64,000 nucleotides of DNA from Octopus sinensis (Eukaryota). Shown here one piece after another: positions 25,438 to 39,473 of this stretch (positions are counted from its first letter, which is position 1; each line of letters begins with the position of its first letter). The stretch is from the NCBI RefSeq assembly GCF_006345805.1, contig NC_042998.1:138508001-138572000 (forward strand). Direction: 5' to 3'. The translations under genes were made by a program, and so were the position numbers. The notes below the pieces were generated by a model. It worked only from the letters and a program-made list of their open reading frames with translations, did not search any database and was not told the origin of the DNA.

Positions 25438-25689
25438 GACAGGTCATCATCATCATCATCTGATAGTTCCTATGGGCAGCCAGTCTTAAATTCCTCTATT
25501 ATGGCAAGGAAAACACTGATGAATAGGTGACAGAATCCAGCCCTAGTGAACTCCTACTTGTACACTAAATTCATTTTTGTACTCATGGCTGACTCTCATT
25601 CTACTGACAGCACCTTTATACAAGGCTTGTGAGACTGTAACAAGCCACTTATGTATGCCTTAACTTCTTCAGAGATCACCAGATAACAC

Positions 25690-26030
25690 AACAAGCAACT
25701 TTGTTGATGAATGTGTAGTATAATCGTTTATTTATAGCTAGATATTTCTCCTGCAGTTGCCTAACTATGAAGATAGTATCTGCAGTACTCCTTCCTAGCA
25801 CAAAGCCAAACTGCATCTCATCAATTTTATTTCTGTTCTTAATCAGTTGAACTCCTCTCTCTCTCTCTCTCTCTCCAACTTTCATGACCTGGTTCAACAA
25901 TTTGATACCTCTTGTAATTGCCTCTATTAAAAACATCTTTACCCAAGTTGTAGCTGCCTATAATGCTGCAACACCAATCATTAGGTATGATATCTTCTTG
26001 TACCACCTGATACAAGTGACTAGGCTGTCC
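25690..26030 (-). mobile_element. RTE LINE RT fragment
   Basis: IDEMQFGFVLGRSTADTIFIVRQLQEKYL. Confidence 0.8.
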
Positions 26031-26132
26031 TACTCTGCACACACACATACACACACACACACAGATACATAATAGGCCTCTTAGTTTCTATCTACTAATT
26101 TCACTTACAGGGATTGGTTGCCCAAAATGTCA

Positions 26133-26420
<288 letters not shown>

Positions 26421-27916
26421 TTATTACAGAAGTGAATTTCAAATCATTGCTATAAGTTTTATATCAAAGTAATAACTTTTATAAAACAAAACCTAGCCTC
26501 ATCATTATACTACAAATGCAACAAAGCTTGTACTATTTACCTATAATTACTTTAAAATAAAATAAACCTACAGGATTCTTTCTTTTTTTTTTGCCATGGA
26601 GAAGCTTTGTTCTGATGTATATTAATTTGTGGAAAATTTTTGATGTTAAGCATATATGTGGCAACAAGAATGATTGGTAGAACGTTATTGCAAGTTCATT
26701 GTTCTCTAATTCCCTCTCGTTGTCACCACTTTGCTCTTATACAAATGTCCAGACCTTTTATGGATAGAGATTTGTGAGCAGTTTACCTCCACATAGTAGG
26801 TCTTAATATCTCTTGCTAAGACTCTTCAAGGGTAATAACCTCACAAAGCAACAATGCTGTAACCCACAACACAGAACACCTAAAATCCCTGATAATGAAG
26901 GACAGACCAACCAACAACAGAAGTTTCATCTCCTTATTTCATCATTGATTTAAAGTCCACTTTTCCTTGTTTGTACGGGTCAGACAAAATTCATTAAGGC
27001 AGATTTTCTGCAGCTAAATGCCCCTCCTGTCACCATCACCTGTTTCTAATCAAGGTAATATTTCCCTATGGCTGGATATGTTTACATGAAAGACTGGAAG
27101 CATGAGACACTATTGTATAATGGTGATATTTGTTTGTAACTAATATATAATATCAAGACAAGGAGTAACAACACACACCTATGAGTGAATGAACAAACAA
27201 AAGTAACTTTCTAAAAGTTGTATATATTTTTAATAAAAGTTTGACTCAGTTCTTTTTGATTCATAGTTTCTTGGGTGTGTGTAAGACAAACCCATCTCAA
27301 TAGAAATCATAAGAGTAATGGATTGGAGACAATAGACTAAACTTTAAGTCATATGGATCTGAGTCAAATTGTTAGTGAGTGTGTCTTGATGAGTTCAATA
27401 AATGAACAAAAGCACTAATAAAGAATTATCCAAAAATTCTGACTGCCTCCTTTTTCTCAATATACTTATATATATATATATACATACATACGTAGTGTGG
27501 CCAAAAGTCACGCACCAAAACATTTGACATTTTATTTATATTACTATTATTCATTTCGTTCATCATGAACAAGTACATACATCATTATTTTATTCAATTT
27601 TAGAAAAAAAATGAAGCCGGTCTCTGACAATCCCAGAACATATTGAACTTGTTTTGTGCTTGACTTTGGCTCATCCAGCTAAACCAATTTAGCCTCTTTC
27701 ATCTACCCTTAGTGTACCTCTTCTAATTTATATATATTTATTTTCTCTCCATGTTTCTCTTTGTGGAAGAGTGTAGGCTCGAAACGTTAAAGACTTTTTC
27801 ACTTCCCGAGTGTTAAACTAACACATGTTTGTTACCTACACCACCTGTCTTCATCTTTCGTTTTTTTTGTGAATTCTCTCCCTATATATATATATATATA
27901 TGCACATATACATATA

Positions 27917-29164
27917 CAGGGTGCGTTAGGTATTTGAGGACACCTTTTTTGGGTCATTGCTGCATTTTTTGCTAACTCTGTATAATCTTTCAGAAAATAA
28001 TAATGGCAGACCCTCAGATTACTCAAGAAATGAAGAAGCATGCTATTATTGTGGTTATAAAGGCTGAGCATAGCGATTTAGAAATATCTCGATTTTTTTA
28101 AGTTGCCAGATCTTTCGTCTACAAAGCTTGTGAGGATGTAGAGACAAGACGGAAATGTATCACCAGTATCAAATCATAAAAAGCGTTCTAAACACTCTAA
28201 AATCATCAGAACACCTCAATTTATCCAGTAAGTTCAACAGACCATTGATTACAATCCCAGAAAGTACATGAGGTCAATCGTAAAAGATCTCCATATGTCA
28301 GAAGGAACAGTCAGAAATGTTGTCCATGAAGACATCAGATATAAGTCTAACATGATGAGGAACAGTCAATTTATCCGAAAAAGCAAAAGAAAATCACAAC
28401 ATCAGATCTAAAAGACTCTTAAACAAGCTGAAAAATCCAGCACAAGATATGATTTGGTTTTTCTCAAACAAGAAAAACTTCGACCAAGATCAAAAAGAAA
28501 AGACAAGAAATGACAGATGGTTATGTGCAGACACTTCTGAAGTTCCAAGTGTTATGCATACAAAATTTCCTGAAACTGTCATGGTTTTATGGGCTTGTCA
28601 GCAATGAAGAACATGTGATGCCTTGTTACTTCTTTACAGAAGGCCTTAGAGTTAACTCTGCCACCTACACTAGGTCCTGGAAATAATTGTTAAGCCCTGG
28701 AAAGACAGTATATGCAATGGAAGGCCATATGTGTTTCAGTAAGATTCTGCACTATCGCACATGGCTCCAGTAATACAAGAATGGATAGTTGAAAACTTTC
28801 ATGATTTCATAACCCCTAACATTTGGCCTCCTTATTCCCCAGATCTCAGTTCATTGGACTATTACATGTGGAGCATTGTTAAGAGAGAGGTCAATGAACA
28901 CATCCATAATACCAAAGATGCTTTGAAAGCTGCCATAGTCAGAGAAATGTCTAAAATGAACCAGGACAACTTGATTCAAGCTTGTAGATGATTTAGATTT
29001 CATATAGAAATAGTTGTTGCTGAAGGTGGCTTTATTGAATAACATTATAGAAAAGAAGGTTTATTTTTATCCTCATTTTCTGATAAATGAAGTTATTATC
29101 AGTTATTATTTATCTGTTTTTTTATATAAACATAAATTTGTCCTCAGATATCTTACGCATCCTG
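27917..29164 (+). mobile_element. Full-length degenerate Tc1/mariner DD37D (maT) transposon
   Basis: 26-bp TIRs match 22/26 (CAGGGTGCGTTAGGTATTTGAGGACA), TA flanks, D-x37-D spacing ending WPPYSPDLSSLDY. Confidence 0.9.
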
Positions 29165-30309
29165 TATATATATATACATAATGCACTCTCTCATCACATT
29201 CAACACATGAGGGCTAAAGAATTTTTTTTCCCCTCCTCTTCTTTTCCTTTTTCAGGATGATCTTGATAAAAAGTGGAACAAGCAAATCCCTTAGACAGCC
29301 CACACAGTGACATTTTTAATGTGGTAATTTGCTTATGTGGGACCATTTACACTTTTCAGTATTACTGATAGCAACAGTTGGAGTACGTATGCCATGAGAC
29401 TGATGAATAGCAAACTTCAGTTGGATGACTGTTGACCTTTATGAGTTCCTCAGCCCTTTGATGGGTTTTGTTTTGCATCTTGCAGGGTGTTCAATAATCA
29501 CACTCCTCACCAAGAAAGCTTGGTGGGGGTTGCCAGTTTGGTTGCTGATGACTTGACCATGTAACATTATACTGGGTTACATGTAACCAGTAGCACTCAA
29601 GCGTGACCACACTACTATATATACATATTTATCATCGTCATTATCGTTATTTGACATCTGTCTTCCATGCTGGCATGGGTTGGATGGTTTGACAGGAGCC
29701 AGCCAGGTAGAAGACTACACCAGGCTACTGTGTTTGTTTTGGCAAGGTTTTTATAGTTGAATGCCCTTCCATCTCGTAGAGAAGACCAAGTGCTTTTTAC
29801 GTGGCATCAGCACAGGCGAGGTCAGTTTTGGCATGGCTTCCAAATGCCAACCTGTAGTGTGTATCTCTTATTATAAAAGGCAGATTTTATCTGCCTCCCT
29901 TTGGGAGTTATACAAATCTACAATATAGGATTTCTTCAATTACAATTTACCTAGCAGTTTTAAGAGTACAATGCATCGCGTCATGCCAGGTCCAGTTTTT
30001 AAAATTTAAACTCCAATTAAGCAAAATTTACAGAAAACTCACATTCTGGTGTGTGTGTCAAATGCTTTTCTTAGTCTGGTTTACACCACACGCAAACGCA
30101 CACACACAGTGGGCAACGAATAAAATGAAAGTAAATGTAATATTTGTTTGTCTATCACGCTGATAGATACATGAGTAAAATGTATGGGAAGCTAACAGAT
30201 AACAGTGAGTGAAAATGTTCTTGGAAGAGAGTAAATTAGCGACAGTGATTTGAGGAAGACTAAACTGAAACTATGAAACAGTGTTTATGTATAAACAGAC
30301 GACTTATAT

Positions 30310-30630
30310 AAACCCTTTCGTTACCAAACCGCCCGAATTTACCTATTCATATTTAAATGAGAATATCAGAGTAAATCTCTTTAGTACATTCGTGAAAACA
30401 CGTATTATACTTCGTAAACACTTCAAATACAGTTTTGTACAAAAATCGAAGTGTAATTTTAATTCCGTGAATTATGGGAGATTTTTTTCCGAAATTTGTT
30501 CCTATTGTGTTTTCAAAATTTGTAATTCTGACAAAAAATGGATACAAATTTCATTATATCAAGCAGCGAGTCAGAATTCGAAGGATTTTCTACGGAAGAC
30601 CTTCATAAATCTAACTCTATGACTGAAAAA
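30310..30630 (+). mobile_element. Possible piggyBac-like left-end fragment
   Basis: aaccctttcgttacc terminus and acidic ORF start MDTNFIISSSESEFEGFSTED. Confidence 0.4.
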
Positions 30631-31423
30631 AAAAAGCATCTTTATATAAGAGTGAAGTTGTGTGTCTGTCCCCTTCGATTTACATTCGTAATTACTCCCA
30701 CATTTTGCGGTGCAGTTTAACCAAAAGCGGGTATCTTATAGTCGTGATTCATATCGAGCCCTTCTGGGTATTAGCGCGTGTCTACGATTTTAAAAAAATT
30801 TACCATCATATTTTTCCATTTTAATGCATTTTTTTCGCTTTTATATAAGGGAAGTAACTCTCTAAAAATATCTACGATGTGTCAATGATTTTAAAAAAAT
30901 TTACCTTAATTTTTTTTCAATTTTTAATGCATTTTTTTTGCTATTTTTTGGCTATAACTCTCTAAAAATGCTTATATAGTTATTTCCCTTACAACCCGAG
31001 CAACGCCGGGCGATACTGCTAGTCTCTTATTATAAAAGGCAGATTTTATCTGCCTCCCTTTGTCACTTATAGAAATCTACAATATAGGATTTCTTCAATT
31101 ACAATTTACCTAGCATTTTTAAGAGTAGAATGCATCGGGTCATGCCAGGTCCAATTTTTTAAATTTAAACTCCAATTAAGCAAAATTTACAGAAAACTCA
31201 CATTCTGGTGTGTATGTCAAATGCTTTTCTTAATGTGGTTTACACCACACGCACACACACAGTGTGCAACGAATAAAGTGAAACTAATTCACTTTCTGTA
31301 GTGAGTGACTATTTCACTCTACATTCCCACTTCCACTTTACACACATAGACACGCAAATATATAAATAAAATTGTAAGCTAACGTGTGTGAGTGTGTGTG
31401 TGTGTGTGCGTGAGTGTGTGACA

Positions 31424-32101
31424 GGAAAGTTTTTTACAACGAATATAAGACCTATATCCAAGTAGCAGAAAGATCGCCCAAAAGTGTATATAGATATTTA
31501 AATGTATTTATATATTTATCTATGCACACATGTATGTATAACGTGTGTGTATATATTTCCATAGAGGTAACCATTCACTCCATACAAAGTTTTTTAGGAC
31601 GAAAATAAGATCTAAAGTTATCTCTAAGAAAAAGAAAGATCGCCCAAAACTGTATATAGATATTTAAATGTATTTATATATTCATCTATACACAGATGTA
31701 TGTATAATGTGTGTGTATATATTTCCATAGAGGTAACCTTTCACTCCATACAAAGTTTTTTAGGACGAATATAAGATCTAATGTTATCTCTAAGAAAAAG
31801 AAAGATCGCCCAAAAGTATATATAGATATTTAAATGTATTTATATATTCATCTATACACAGATGTATGTATAATGTGTGTGTATATATTTCCATAGAGGT
31901 AACCTTTCACTCCATACAAAGTTTTTTAGGACGAATATAAGATCTAAAGTTATCTCTAAGAAAAAGAAAGATCGCCCAAAAGTGTATATAGATATTTAAA
32001 TGTATTTATATATTCATCTATACACACATGTATGTATAATGTGCGTGTATATATTTCCATAGAGGTAACCATTCAATCCATACAAAGTTTTTTAGGACGA
32101 A
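31424..32101 (+). repeat. 166-bp tandem repeat x4 inside Helitron
   Basis: agatcgccca recurs at 31471, 31637, 31803 and 31969. Confidence 0.95.
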
Positions 32102-33239
32102 AATATTTATATATAAAAGAAAGGTTGTGTGTCTGTCTACTCCGATTTAGATTCCTAACTACTCCCACATTTTGCAATGCAGTTTAACCAAAACCGGGTA
32201 TCTTATAGTCGTGATTCATATCGAGCCCTTCTGGGTATTAGCGCGCGTCTACGATGAGTCTATGATTTTACAAATAATTTACCATCATTTTTTTCCATTT
32301 TAATGCATATTTTTTTTAATAAAGGGAAGTAACTCTCAAACTTCACACCAATATGCGTGCTCAAATGCGACGTAATATCACATCAGCAGCATTTCCTCAC
32401 ACCCTTCTTGCACTTGGCGAAGGCAAAATACCAGGGGATGAAAATGGTAATATTGCCATCGATTCCATTTGTACCATTGTTAAGACGCCTTCTGATCTCA
32501 GAGATGCAGTGTTCCCAGATCTACAAGCTAATTATCAGAATATGGATTGGATTGGCAAAAAGGCTATACTGGCCCCGAGGAATAAAACTGTTCACCATAT
32601 TAATGATGAAATGCTAAAACTCATTCCTGGGGAAGTCTATGTATATCAGCCTATCGATACAACTCCTGACCCAGAGAACGTCATCAACTATCCAATAGAG
32701 GTACTCCTTTGAGCACCCCGGACTACCACCACACTTTCTCAAACTTAAAGTTGGTGCCCCTATAATGCTCATCAGAAATTTGGTTCCCCCAAAACAATGC
32801 AATGGCACACGTTTGATCGTTAAGTCCTTATCTCCCACCGTAAACTTATATCAATATTTGCCTGAGTAATCATCATAATTCAGTGCAATCATTAACAGTA
32901 CTTTCAAGCAATTCAACGCCGGGCAATTCTGCTAGTATATATATATATATATACCGTCCAAACCATGCTAGCATGGAAAACGGACGCTAAACGATGATGA
33001 TGATGATGATGATACTACAGGCTTCTTTCAAGTTTCCCTCTACCAAATCCATTCACAAGGATTTTTAGGTTTTTGATGGCCTGGAGCTATAGTTTCCATA
33101 CAGTGGGACTGAACCCAAGGTTCCATACAGTGGGACTGAACCCAAAACCATGTGGTTGGGAAGCAAACTTCTTAACCATGCAACTATTGCTAATACCTAT
33201 ATAAGTGCATGTTTTGTGTGTGTGTGTGTGTGCTTGACG

Positions 33240-33735
33240 TGCAACCAAAAGAATACCCTCCATCAGGCATTTGCCATATCCTGAACGCCTTACTTCCCTG
33301 GGCATGGACACATTGAAACTCCGATGTCTGGCAGCTGACTTGGCAGACACCCATAAAATTATCAACCATCGCACAAACAATAACTCTGAGCACCTCTTCA
33401 AACTCCACCCATCTAACACCCGTGGACATATTTACAAAGTAAGAAAACAGCACAGCTCCCATGACTTCAGGAAACATTTTTTCACGCTGAGAGTTGCTGA
33501 AGCGTGGAACAAACTGCCGGCATCGGTTGTTAGTTGTCGGAGCACTGCATCCTTCAAGACTTCCATGCTTCCTGAGATTCGCCAACACTACACTTGATTT
33601 TCTCCCCTCCATACACACACAAGCATGTTCACTTTCCAGACATTTCTACATTACTGCATGTACTTTATATGCACTTTCTGACAAGTTGTGGTGCACCTGA
33701 GCACTGTATACAATAATTTCATTATTATTATTATA
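33240..33735 (+). mobile_element. 3' fragment of a CR1-clade LINE
   Basis: YPERLTSLGMDTLKLR..DL..NTRGH..KHFFTLRVAEAWNKLP; tail (ATT)n. Confidence 0.85.
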
Positions 33736-33952
33736 TTATATACATATATGTATGTGTGTGTGTACACACATGCATATACACATACATATGGTAGTCTTTA
33801 ATAAAGTATCCTTCTATCATTTCCACACACAAGTTATTAATTGGCAGAAGGTCACAGTAAAAAAATATTTGCTCAGGATGTCATACCAGGAGATAAAACT
33901 CACAATCACATGGTTATGAAGCAAGCTTCATATACAGAGTCATCAGTAATAC

Positions 33953-34201
33953 CAGTGGTTCTCAATGATTTTCTTCATATGGACTGACTCCTTTAATTTC
34001 TAATTCACTGGGGTGGACCACCATAGCCATTTTATGTTTCAAAAGATTCTTTTGTATTTTTATATTATTAGGAATTGTATTTAAAAAATTGTTGAAATAT
34101 TTTATGTATTGTAGAAGAATAACCAATTTGTTGTACATAAATTTTAATGACAAAATATATGGACCCTGAAAGGTCAAATGGTCCCTAGCTGAGAACCACT
34201 G
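33953..34201. mobile_element. hAT-like MITE
   Basis: TIRs cagtggttctca / tgagaaccactg; 8-bp TSD not preserved. Confidence 0.6.
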
Positions 34202-34393
34202 ACATAAGCAATGAATGAAAGTGAAAATAAAATTAACAGAAACCAAATAGCAGACTTGGCTCTTCTCGATGGAAAAATGACAACAAATTTTTGACAGACT
34301 ATTTTAATGATATAATTACATGGGGAAATTTCAGGATGATTTACTCATCTAAATAGTCTGCACTAAACAACTGGTACAAATTGCAACAAATTA

Positions 34394-34528
<135 letters not shown>

Positions 34529-34788
34529 CTAGCACATTTACCAGATACCTGTAGCAGAGTCTCTCAAACCATTTGGTCAGGGATTACTACATGAAAATTA
34601 TCTTGGGATCAGATATTGTTCCCTAAACATAGTATCAGGCTCAACCCTACTGCACAGCACCTTTAGCAAATATCTTCTGCCATAGACTCAAATTGACCTA
34701 TTCTTTGTGGATTCACATGAAAGAAGCCCAATATATATAATATATATATATATATGTATGTATGTATGTATATATATGTATGTATATA

Positions 34789-34829
<41 letters not shown>

Positions 34830-34832
<3 letters not shown>

Positions 34833-35225
34833 CATCATCATTTAACATCCTTTGTCCATGCTGGCATGAGTTGGATCGTTTGACCAGGGCTGGAAGACTC
34901 CAGTCTGATTTGGCATGATTTCTATGGTTGGGTGCCCTTCCTAACACCAACCACTCTGAGAGTGTAATGGGTGCTAGCATGGGTTGGACGGCTCAACTGG
35001 GGTCTGGGAAGCCAGAAGGCTGCACCAGGCCCAGTCTGATCTGGCAGTGTTTCTACAGTTGCATGCCCTTCCTAACGCCAACCACTCCATGAGTGTAGTA
35101 GGCGCTTTTTACATGCCACCGGCACAGGTGCCAGATGAGGCTGGCAACGGCTCCGATTGGATGGTGCTTTTCACATGCCACCGGCACAGAGGCCAGTCAG
35201 GGCGGCGCTGGCAACGGCCACATTC
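34830..35225 (-). mobile_element. RTE 3' UTR-derived short copies
   Basis: Match 7640-7920 and 61400-61715; (GAT)n tail; many more such copies occur across the window. Confidence 0.8.
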
Positions 35226-36515
35226 GGATATTTTATATAATTGTATCTCTACATATATACTAACCTGCTCAACTGATAAACTAACTATAGCCAATTGTTG
35301 TTAAGCAGCTAGCTATAAAATCACTACTTTTTGTTGCAGTTCAAGTTGGAGTTTTAGGCAGCAAGTCAACTTGAACACTAATTGTAAGTGTCTATTATTA
35401 CCTTATATCACGAGATATAATATTACCTGAGTTATATATATATATGCATAATATACAAGAAAATTTTGTCAACTGACGTAATGTAATGGAAGTATTGTGT
35501 GTGCTCAGTTTGGTTTACCACTAAAATTTCAGTTTGAACTGCAACTGAAAACTGTGTTGTTGAGACTGACCTCAAGATGTTGAAAACCTTTTGAAGGAGA
35601 CGATGGGGGACCAAGATGAATGGTTATATGCTGTGGTTAAGACCTATCCATGTCAGCAGAACAGAGGTTCGGTCAAGTCTTCCCCCACAACTCATCTTCT
35701 AACACACATTTTTTCATCAATCATCTGTGCTACCCTATTTCCATCCTTCACCTACTGAACTGATATTCTCTGCATCTAATTCATTCCCTATCTCTAATCA
35801 TTTGTCACTATTCTCATTTTGGGGTATGTACCAACACATCCACCTTTTCTCTCCTCTCTCCTCTTCTGTCTCCTCATATTCACAGTATACCTTAACCTCA
35901 CATATCTCTCTCTCTCACCCTCTTTTGTTTTTTCCCCAGGCGGGCAAGCCATGTATTCATCTCTTCAGCAAGACACCTGCTCCTGTCCTATTTTAGTTTG
36001 TTATCCCTCAATTCTATACACAACTCAGTTGAAGGGGGTCTTGTCTTGTGAGTACTTAGAAATCTCACCAGTGCTAGTTTTACATAAAAAGGACCTGGTG
36101 CACTCTGTGAAGTGGTTGACATTAGGAAAGGCATCCTGTGGCAGAAACCATGCTAAAGCAGACATTAGAACATGGTACAGCCCACTGCCTCACTTTTTAA
36201 TTTGAACCATCCAACCCATATCAGCATAGAAAACAAACATTAAATGATGATGATGATGATATATAGTTTTTAAAAACAAAGTATGTCTCAGTTTTAGCTT
36301 TTATTAAAGAGTTTTGTGCTTCCGTATATGTTTTTCACTGTTTGGAACAATGAAGCTTCTAGATCTATAATTGATGTTTCTAAACTTTCATAGCCTCATT
36401 ATTAAGATGTGATATAAACTTAGATATGTTTCGACCAAAGATTGGTCCAGGCCATGTCTAACTTAATAGCACCACCTGATAGGATTATTCGAATCCTGTT
36501 TAAGTCAAGTTTTGT

Positions 36516-39473
36516 TCAAATAGTGAGTTCTTGTTGGGTGAGTTGTATCCAGTTTTGTTCAAGTAGTGAGTTCTTGTTGGGTGAGTTGTATCCAATTATG
36601 GGTGGCTTATCTGGTATTCTTTGAAGGAATCTATCCAGACTCTGTTTAAAGTTGATGGGATCCTTTTCCTCTTTGATCTCCCTCGGGACAATGTTAAATA
36701 GGGCAGGGCCTGTTGAGGAAAAGAAATTATGTTGCAGTGTACATGTATGTTGTGATCTTGAATTGGGCAGGGGACGTATAGCCCGTGGTCCAAGTCTTGG
36801 ATGAACCTTGAAGCTAATGTTTAGGTCGTTTGGGCAAAGTTGTCGGTATATTTTCCACATCGTACAAATGATGTACCGCTCACGGCGACGCTGGAGGGAG
36901 TCAAGTTTCAAGGCTTTAAGGCGATCCCAATAATTGAGAGCAGCCATGCCTTCAATTTGTTTAGTGAGTGCCCTCTGGGGTGACTCAATTCTGGAGATGT
37001 TTTGTCTTGTGTGAGGAGACCACAGTGGGCAGCAGTATTCAAGGTGTGGCCATACAAAGGAGGAAAAAAGTGGTATGATGACACCTTGTTCTCTGGACCG
37101 GAAAGTTCTTAAGATCCAGGAACTCATCCTACGAGCTATATCGACCTTCTTGTTGATGTGTGCACTCCAACTGAGATCGTCATCAACAATTACACCCAGG
37201 TCTCTGATATTGTTAGAGGCTGTGAGTGGTTCCCCTGAAGGAAGAGAGTATGGTTGTTTTAGTGAGGAATTTCTTCCAAAATGCATCAGCTCAAATTTTC
37301 CCTCATTCAGTTGCATTTTGTTTCTGTCTGCCCATTGACTCACAGCATATAGATCAGATTGGAGTTGAGTTCAGTCTGCTTCTTCATTGACGATTTGCTG
37401 GAGCTTAGTGTCATCAGCAAATATTTTCACTTTGCAGTAATGTACGACACTGGAAAGGTCGTTTATGTAAATTATGAAGAGTAGCGGACCCAAAACAGTT
37501 CCCTGGGGAACACCGCTGGTGACTTTTGCTGGGTTTGAGTGGACTCCATCAACTACAACATGTTGTGTTCTATTCGCCAGGAAATACTTAATCCAGTGTA
37601 GAACTTTTCCACGGATTCCAACGTTTGCCAATTTTGAGAGTAGGATGTTATGGTCTACCCTGTCGAACGCTTTACTGAAGTCAAGATATATGACGACAGA
37701 GTTCGAACCTGTTCCCAAGGCTTTGAGTACATCTTCAATGTGGTGTAAGAGCTGTGTTAGACAGTCCCTGCCACAGCGAAAGCCATGCTGATTTGCATTT
37801 AGGAGTTTGTGGGTCTCCAGGAAGTCAGCTATCCTTGATCTTAACACTCTTTCAAACACTTTAATGATGTGGGAGGTGAGTGAGATTGGGCGATAGTTGA
37901 CTGTGAGGGATCTGTTTCCCTGTTTGAAAACCGGGATGACCGACTGGGATAGAAACTGTTTCGGTATATAACCTGCGTCTAACGAATTTCTCCAGAGGTT
38001 GGTCAGAGGGACTGCAAGTTGGTATCTACATTCCTTCAGGAGACTAGCGGGAAATCTATCAGGGCCTACAGCAGAGTAATGTTTGACCTCATTTATTGCT
38101 GCTACAATGTCGGTGGCAGTGAAGGTTATGTCTGAGATTTTGTGTTGGGAGTCAACTTCGTTCATTTCCCTTACGTCAATATCAGTGGGAACACTAAAGA
38201 CAGAGCAGTATTGTTTCTGCAGTATTTCTGCCATTTCTTTAGCATCGTGTTGGGGAATGCCGTTATCATCAATCAATGGCCCAATGGGTGAGACAGTGGT
38301 TCTATGCTTATTTGCATAAGAATAGAACACTTTTGGGTTCTGTTTGATGTTTTTGATTACCCATTGTTCCTCCACAGCTCTTTGATTTTCAATGGAGGTT
38401 TTCATGTTCGTCTGCAGATGAAGTTTTTCCAGCTCTAGTCTTTTCATTGTTGTTGAATGTGGATGTTGTGTGTGGGAATATTTTAATTGGTTGATTTTTT
38501 GGTTGAGTCTTTTGATGCGCCTGATGAGTGTTTTTTTCTTTTTAGGGAGCCGGTTTCTGTTTGTGTTAGTAGATTTCTTGGGAGCGTGTTTAGAGCATGT
38601 ATAGGTGACAATGTTTTCAAAGTGCTGCCACGCGGTCTCAATATGAGAGGAATTGAGAGTAAAAGACCAGTCGATGGAAGACAGATCCTTTCTGATTGTT
38701 CCCCAGTCCGCTTTGTGGAAGTTTATGTTGTCAAATGGGTGCCATGGAGTGGGATTGGCTGGTTTGGTTTTTATATGTCGGGAATTAAGATTGCAGAGTA
38801 CCATGTCGTGGTCTGAGAGGAGAGTTTTTTCGACTGAAATACTGTGAACGTAGCTAGAGTGATTGGTCAATACCAGATCCAAGATCGTTTTATTCTGTCT
38901 CGTTGGTTCAAGCACTAGCTGAGTCAAGAAATACTCATCCATCAGATTAAAGAGCAGTTCTGCTGCTGCTCTATCTGATGTAGAGCACTTGCCTAACTTC
39001 AGAGTATTTGTGGGCCAGTTCACATGAGGGAGGTTAAAATTACCCATCACTAGTATGTTTCCGGAGTGGTACTTCCGAAGGAAGGACTTGACTTTGCTAA
39101 GGCACTCTTCAAAGTACTTTAGAGGTGCCTGGGGAGGCCTGTAAAGACCAACAATGGTTATGTCCTTGGCTTTGTTGTATAGTGATACTGATTCACAGTA
39201 GCCATTGGAAAATATGTCCTTGGCATCAAGTGAAAAGGAGTCATGGATAAAGATGGCTGTCCCTCCCTTATTTCGGTCTGTGCAATCCGCACGAACAATG
39301 GTGAAATCTTTTATTTTCACCTCTGCGTCCATATGGGTGTTGTTCAGGTGAGTCTCTATATATGGGATCTTCCATTTTTGGGCAATAATTGATGGGTTGA
39401 TGCCACGTACATTTAACAGGAATGTCAAGGTAAGGGAAGTTGGTAATGGGTGAGTGGTCCTTGTGATTTGCAT
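36516..39473 (-). pseudogene. LINE ORF2 (APE endonuclease plus reverse transcriptase), ~985 codons, one internal stop
   Basis: ETHL, GLYRPP, GNFN, SDH; NYRPISLTS, QHGFR, YLDFSKAFD, GVPQGTVLGP, FADD; the two track ORFs share one frame. Confidence 0.93.

Larger units (their letters stand above)
29864..32935 (+). mobile_element. Stack of Helitron modules with helicase remnant
   Basis: A|TC 5' ends at 29864, 30639 and 31023; hairpin plus CTAG|T 3' ends at 31022 and 32935; Pif1 fragment at 32340-32840 ([26 protein letters not shown]). Confidence 0.88.

Noticed and set aside
31424-32101. Tandem repeats as CRISPR-like arrays (also 42567-42816 and 62997-63117)
   Set aside because: No unique spacers, no cas genes, eukaryotic context
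36516-39473. LINE as an intact, active or domesticated gene
   Set aside because: In-frame stop, catalytic D-to-N change, probable endonuclease deletion, 3' frameshift and truncated ORF1
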